Shown: piece after piece, positions 61,071 through 64,000 of the stretch
Position numbering within the stretch: position 1 is the first letter of the stretch
How the letters are laid out: each line of letters opens with the position of its first letter
NCBI GenBank assembly: GCA_030265395.1
Contig: JARFYF010000071.1
Span: 4,451,138 to 4,515,137, forward strand
DNA: 64,000 bases
Source of the DNA: Rhina ancylostomus
Taxonomy: Eukaryota
Reading direction: 5' to 3'
Program-made: the position numbers and the translations under genes
The notes under the pieces: generated by a model
Told to the model about the DNA's origin: nothing
The model's database searches: none
Seen by the model: the letters and a program-made list of their open reading frames with translations, nothing else

Positions 61071-63349
61071 TTTATGAAATATCTCTCCCAACTGATCCTT
61101 TGTCAATATGGTGGGTCTTGCCATGCGTGATGGCAGTCTGGCTTACTGCAACCCCTCCGAAGGCTGGAAGTGAATTGCGAAAGTGTTTTTTAATTTGAAT
61201 AATCAGTTTTTGTGGCCTGTTCAACTTTTAAGAGATTTTGTTGAAAGAGCTGTCTCAATACCAGACCGTTGTGTCCAAACCTCAGCCATACTGCTTGGAT
61301 ATTCTTTCCCCCACGTGCATAATTCACAGCAGAATTTTACGGAGCACAGCTGTGATGGTTGTTGTCTCACTGGCTGAGAAGCTGTTCTTCATCAATAATA
61401 TAAACACTTTAAATATCCTTAAATAATCAGGAAGCAAACTGCAATGTTACCATTCTGCACTCTTCTGGAATCAGATGGTTGATTTTGTGACTGAATGTAT
61501 TGCCCCCAGGGTACTATTACACAATGATTGATGGTTAAAATTTTCTTCCTGGTGCTATTGTTTAGCCTACAGGAAGCTTGCCAAAATTGCTTGTCTGTTC
61601 ATTAATTTAAATGGACTGAAATCATCTATGGTACAGAATTGAATGTATCATCCCTTCTGCCTGTATTGTGTTCCTGTTGCACGAGACGGCAACAGAACGC
61701 AAGCTGCTAAAGAAATTACCTGTAGGCTTCTGTTCCTCTTCNNNNNNNNNNNNNNNCTCTTCTCGAGCAGTTTTGATGCAGTGGGCTTTCTGAGAAATGG
61801 AAATGTCTACAGGCTCTGAAATATGACAGAGCAGTGAGCATGGGAAGACTGTAATCTTACTTAATACTCCTGTGAATCCGAATAGGGAGCATAAATCATA
61901 GTTGCACAAGCCGTGCAGTGCAACGTGTGCCAAAAATATTATTGTTAATGGTGGCTGCTTTCTAGGCCAATAAAAATATAATTAGGCACTCTCTGAACAC
62001 ACAGGGAGATCTTAACAGTGTGAAATAGAATGCCACCAACCTGCTTGCTGTCTCTTATTTTTTTTCTTTTAAGATGACAAGCACTGATCCTGAAAATTAA
62101 TCAACCAAAATAATTCAACTCCAAAATACTGCCTCAACACTTGGGTCAATGCAGACGAGCACAAGTCTTGCCAGCCACCAGGAAAACAAAGGAAAGGTAC
62201 AGACACAGTAACAGAACTGTTGTTGTAATGGCTTGGCACTTATTCTTAGACAGGAGACTTTGAGTCTGCCCGTTCAAAGGGTTCTATGTACAAAGAATAA
62301 ATGTCCTTGGACTAGAGAAGGTAATTATCAGAGGGCTACAAAGAGTAAATGGATAGAAGCTGTACTCATTGGCAATAATTTGATGGTCAGGGACACTGAT
62401 GTAAAATTTTGGGGAATTTGATAACTTTTAGTACCCAGAGTATTTATGATCTGGAACTTGCTAAAATGGTTGGCAGAAAAGCAGTCAACCAGGGGGATGA
62501 CTATCAACGATATCTTGCCTTCCCCACCACCCCCAGATGCTGCTGCTCCTCCAGCAGGTCGTTTGTTACTTGAGAGAGGTACACTAACTCGGTGTGTTGA
62601 AACAAATCTAGGATTTTATGAAGATGGTCTCAACCTAAGTACTTGACGAACATCATTACAAATGGCAATGTATTACTTGGATATGGTGAAGAACATTCCC
62701 CAGCTGGAGCAGAGGCAGCTTGCTGGGGTGGTCTGGAGGAAGTATTCTCTGCTTTTGCCCAGTGGCTTTGCGCTACGTGTGGTATGAGACTGTGAGCAGA
62801 ATAATCAGTTACACAGAACCAGATGCAGTTCCCAACCAATGTTGAAAGAATGCATTTTCAAGTTACATTGTCTGTTAAATGGTTAGTAGTAGAAATACGA
62901 CCCGATTTCATCTCTTACCCCAGGAACACCAGTATGCGAAATAGCTCGGGCCCACCAGGTTTGACATGAAAAAGTACCATCGGAGGAGTTGTGAATGCTC
63001 TTGCAGTCAAGGTCTTTGGTGTCAATGGTGTGATTAGGGCAAATGTTTCAGTTTTCTGACTGAATTTCAATGAGAGTAACAATTTGATTTGATGACTCAA
63101 ATTAACATCTTATGGCTTCAAACTCTGATTTACATGCAGGAATATAAATTCAGACATGAATAATTCAACTAAGTTTGGAAAGGAAACTTGATATATGCGG
63201 AAGTGTTTGATATAAGATGTCAAGAGGGAAAATACCTTGCCCGGCATATCAGAATTATTCATTGCTGTCACAGAGCAGACAGTATCTGTTCCATCCAGTT
63301 TGGAGCTATTAACTGACAACTGTCTCGCCTTTCCAAGCAAATTAAATGT

Positions 63350-64000
63350 CAATGATGCTTAGTCCTGTCCACTCCCATTGGAGACCTGTAACCAGTGGTG
63401 TGTTGCAGAAATTGGTGCTGGGTCCTCCGTTGTTTGTCATGTGTATTAATCATTTGGACTAGAACATAGGTGGCCTGATTAATAAGTTTGCAGATGAATG
63501 TTGGTCATTATTGTGGAGAGTGAAGGTGGTGAAAATAGGCTGGCGATGAACTGGGAAAGTGGGCAAAGGAATGGCAGATTGAATTTAACTGGGACATGTA
63601 TGAAGCGATGCGTTTTGGCAAGTTAAATAGGCCACGACACAGTGAATGGCAGGGCCCTGAGTTGGAAGTTACCTGAAAGTGGCGACACAGGTAGACATGG
63701 TGATGAATAGTATGCTTGCCCTCTGGTCAAGGCATTAACCAGATTTTCTGTAATGTGAAGCTTTGTCATCTGTGCGTGCATCAAGAAGTGCAAGTTGGAG
63801 GGAAAAGTGTTAATAGATTTACTTTGTCTCCATATAAATTCAGAGAGTGAGTGAGCAAGTTTCTGTTACCCGGCTATAATGCAGGGATCACCTGTATAGG
63901 AAGTGGGATGTCATGATACACTTGTACCTATTGTTGGTGAGGTAGCACTTGGAGTATTGTGCACAGTTCTGGTCTGCACGTGATAGGAAGGATGTAACTG
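63350..64000 (+). mobile_element. CR1 LINE reverse-transcriptase remnant (runs off the window)
   Basis: accagtggtgtg...gtgctgggtcctccgttgttt (TSGV...VLGP.LF), aagtttgcagatga (KFADD), ttggagtattgtgcacagttctggtc (LEYC.QFWS). Confidence 0.85.

Noticed and set aside
1-64000. CRISPR arrays, tRNA/rRNA genes, MALAT1-type triple helix/mascRNA, prokaryotic systems
   Set aside because: None seen by eye. The sequence is eukaryotic, and the tRNA-like A/B boxes occur only in SINE heads.

Overview
Vertebrate genomic scaffold with many 100-N gaps; the repeat content (CR1, Rex1/Babar, RTE, V-SINE/HE1-like and Penelope-derived fragments) suggests a cartilaginous fish, which is an inference. Three spliced genes can be rebuilt by hand with consistent intron phases. 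(1) The last five coding exons of a CENP-F-like coiled-coil gene (+, 771-11366, 1311 aa in the window, one 3.0-kb exon). It carries the CENP-F C-terminal EPxGLPxVVxKGFADIP motif but has no CAAX box. (2) A complete RBM4/Lark-like gene (+, CDS 17887-25848, 328 aa, RRM-RRM-CCHC) with a CCAAT/GC/YY1 promoter and a 3'UTR intron. (3) A two-coding-exon prokineticin receptor-like GPCR (-, 49296-46666, 375 aa). The most unusual signal is RBM4 intron 2. Outside two LINE insertions it reads as a near-continuous train of hairpins and multibranch folds with sense-strand G-U pairs, including a 24-bp stem, and it ends at a candidate 50-nt poison exon. Also present: a decayed Ty3/Gypsy element, hammerhead-like motifs in Penelope-type repeats, and many LINE/SINE remnants. 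All structures were paired by eye; none was computed.
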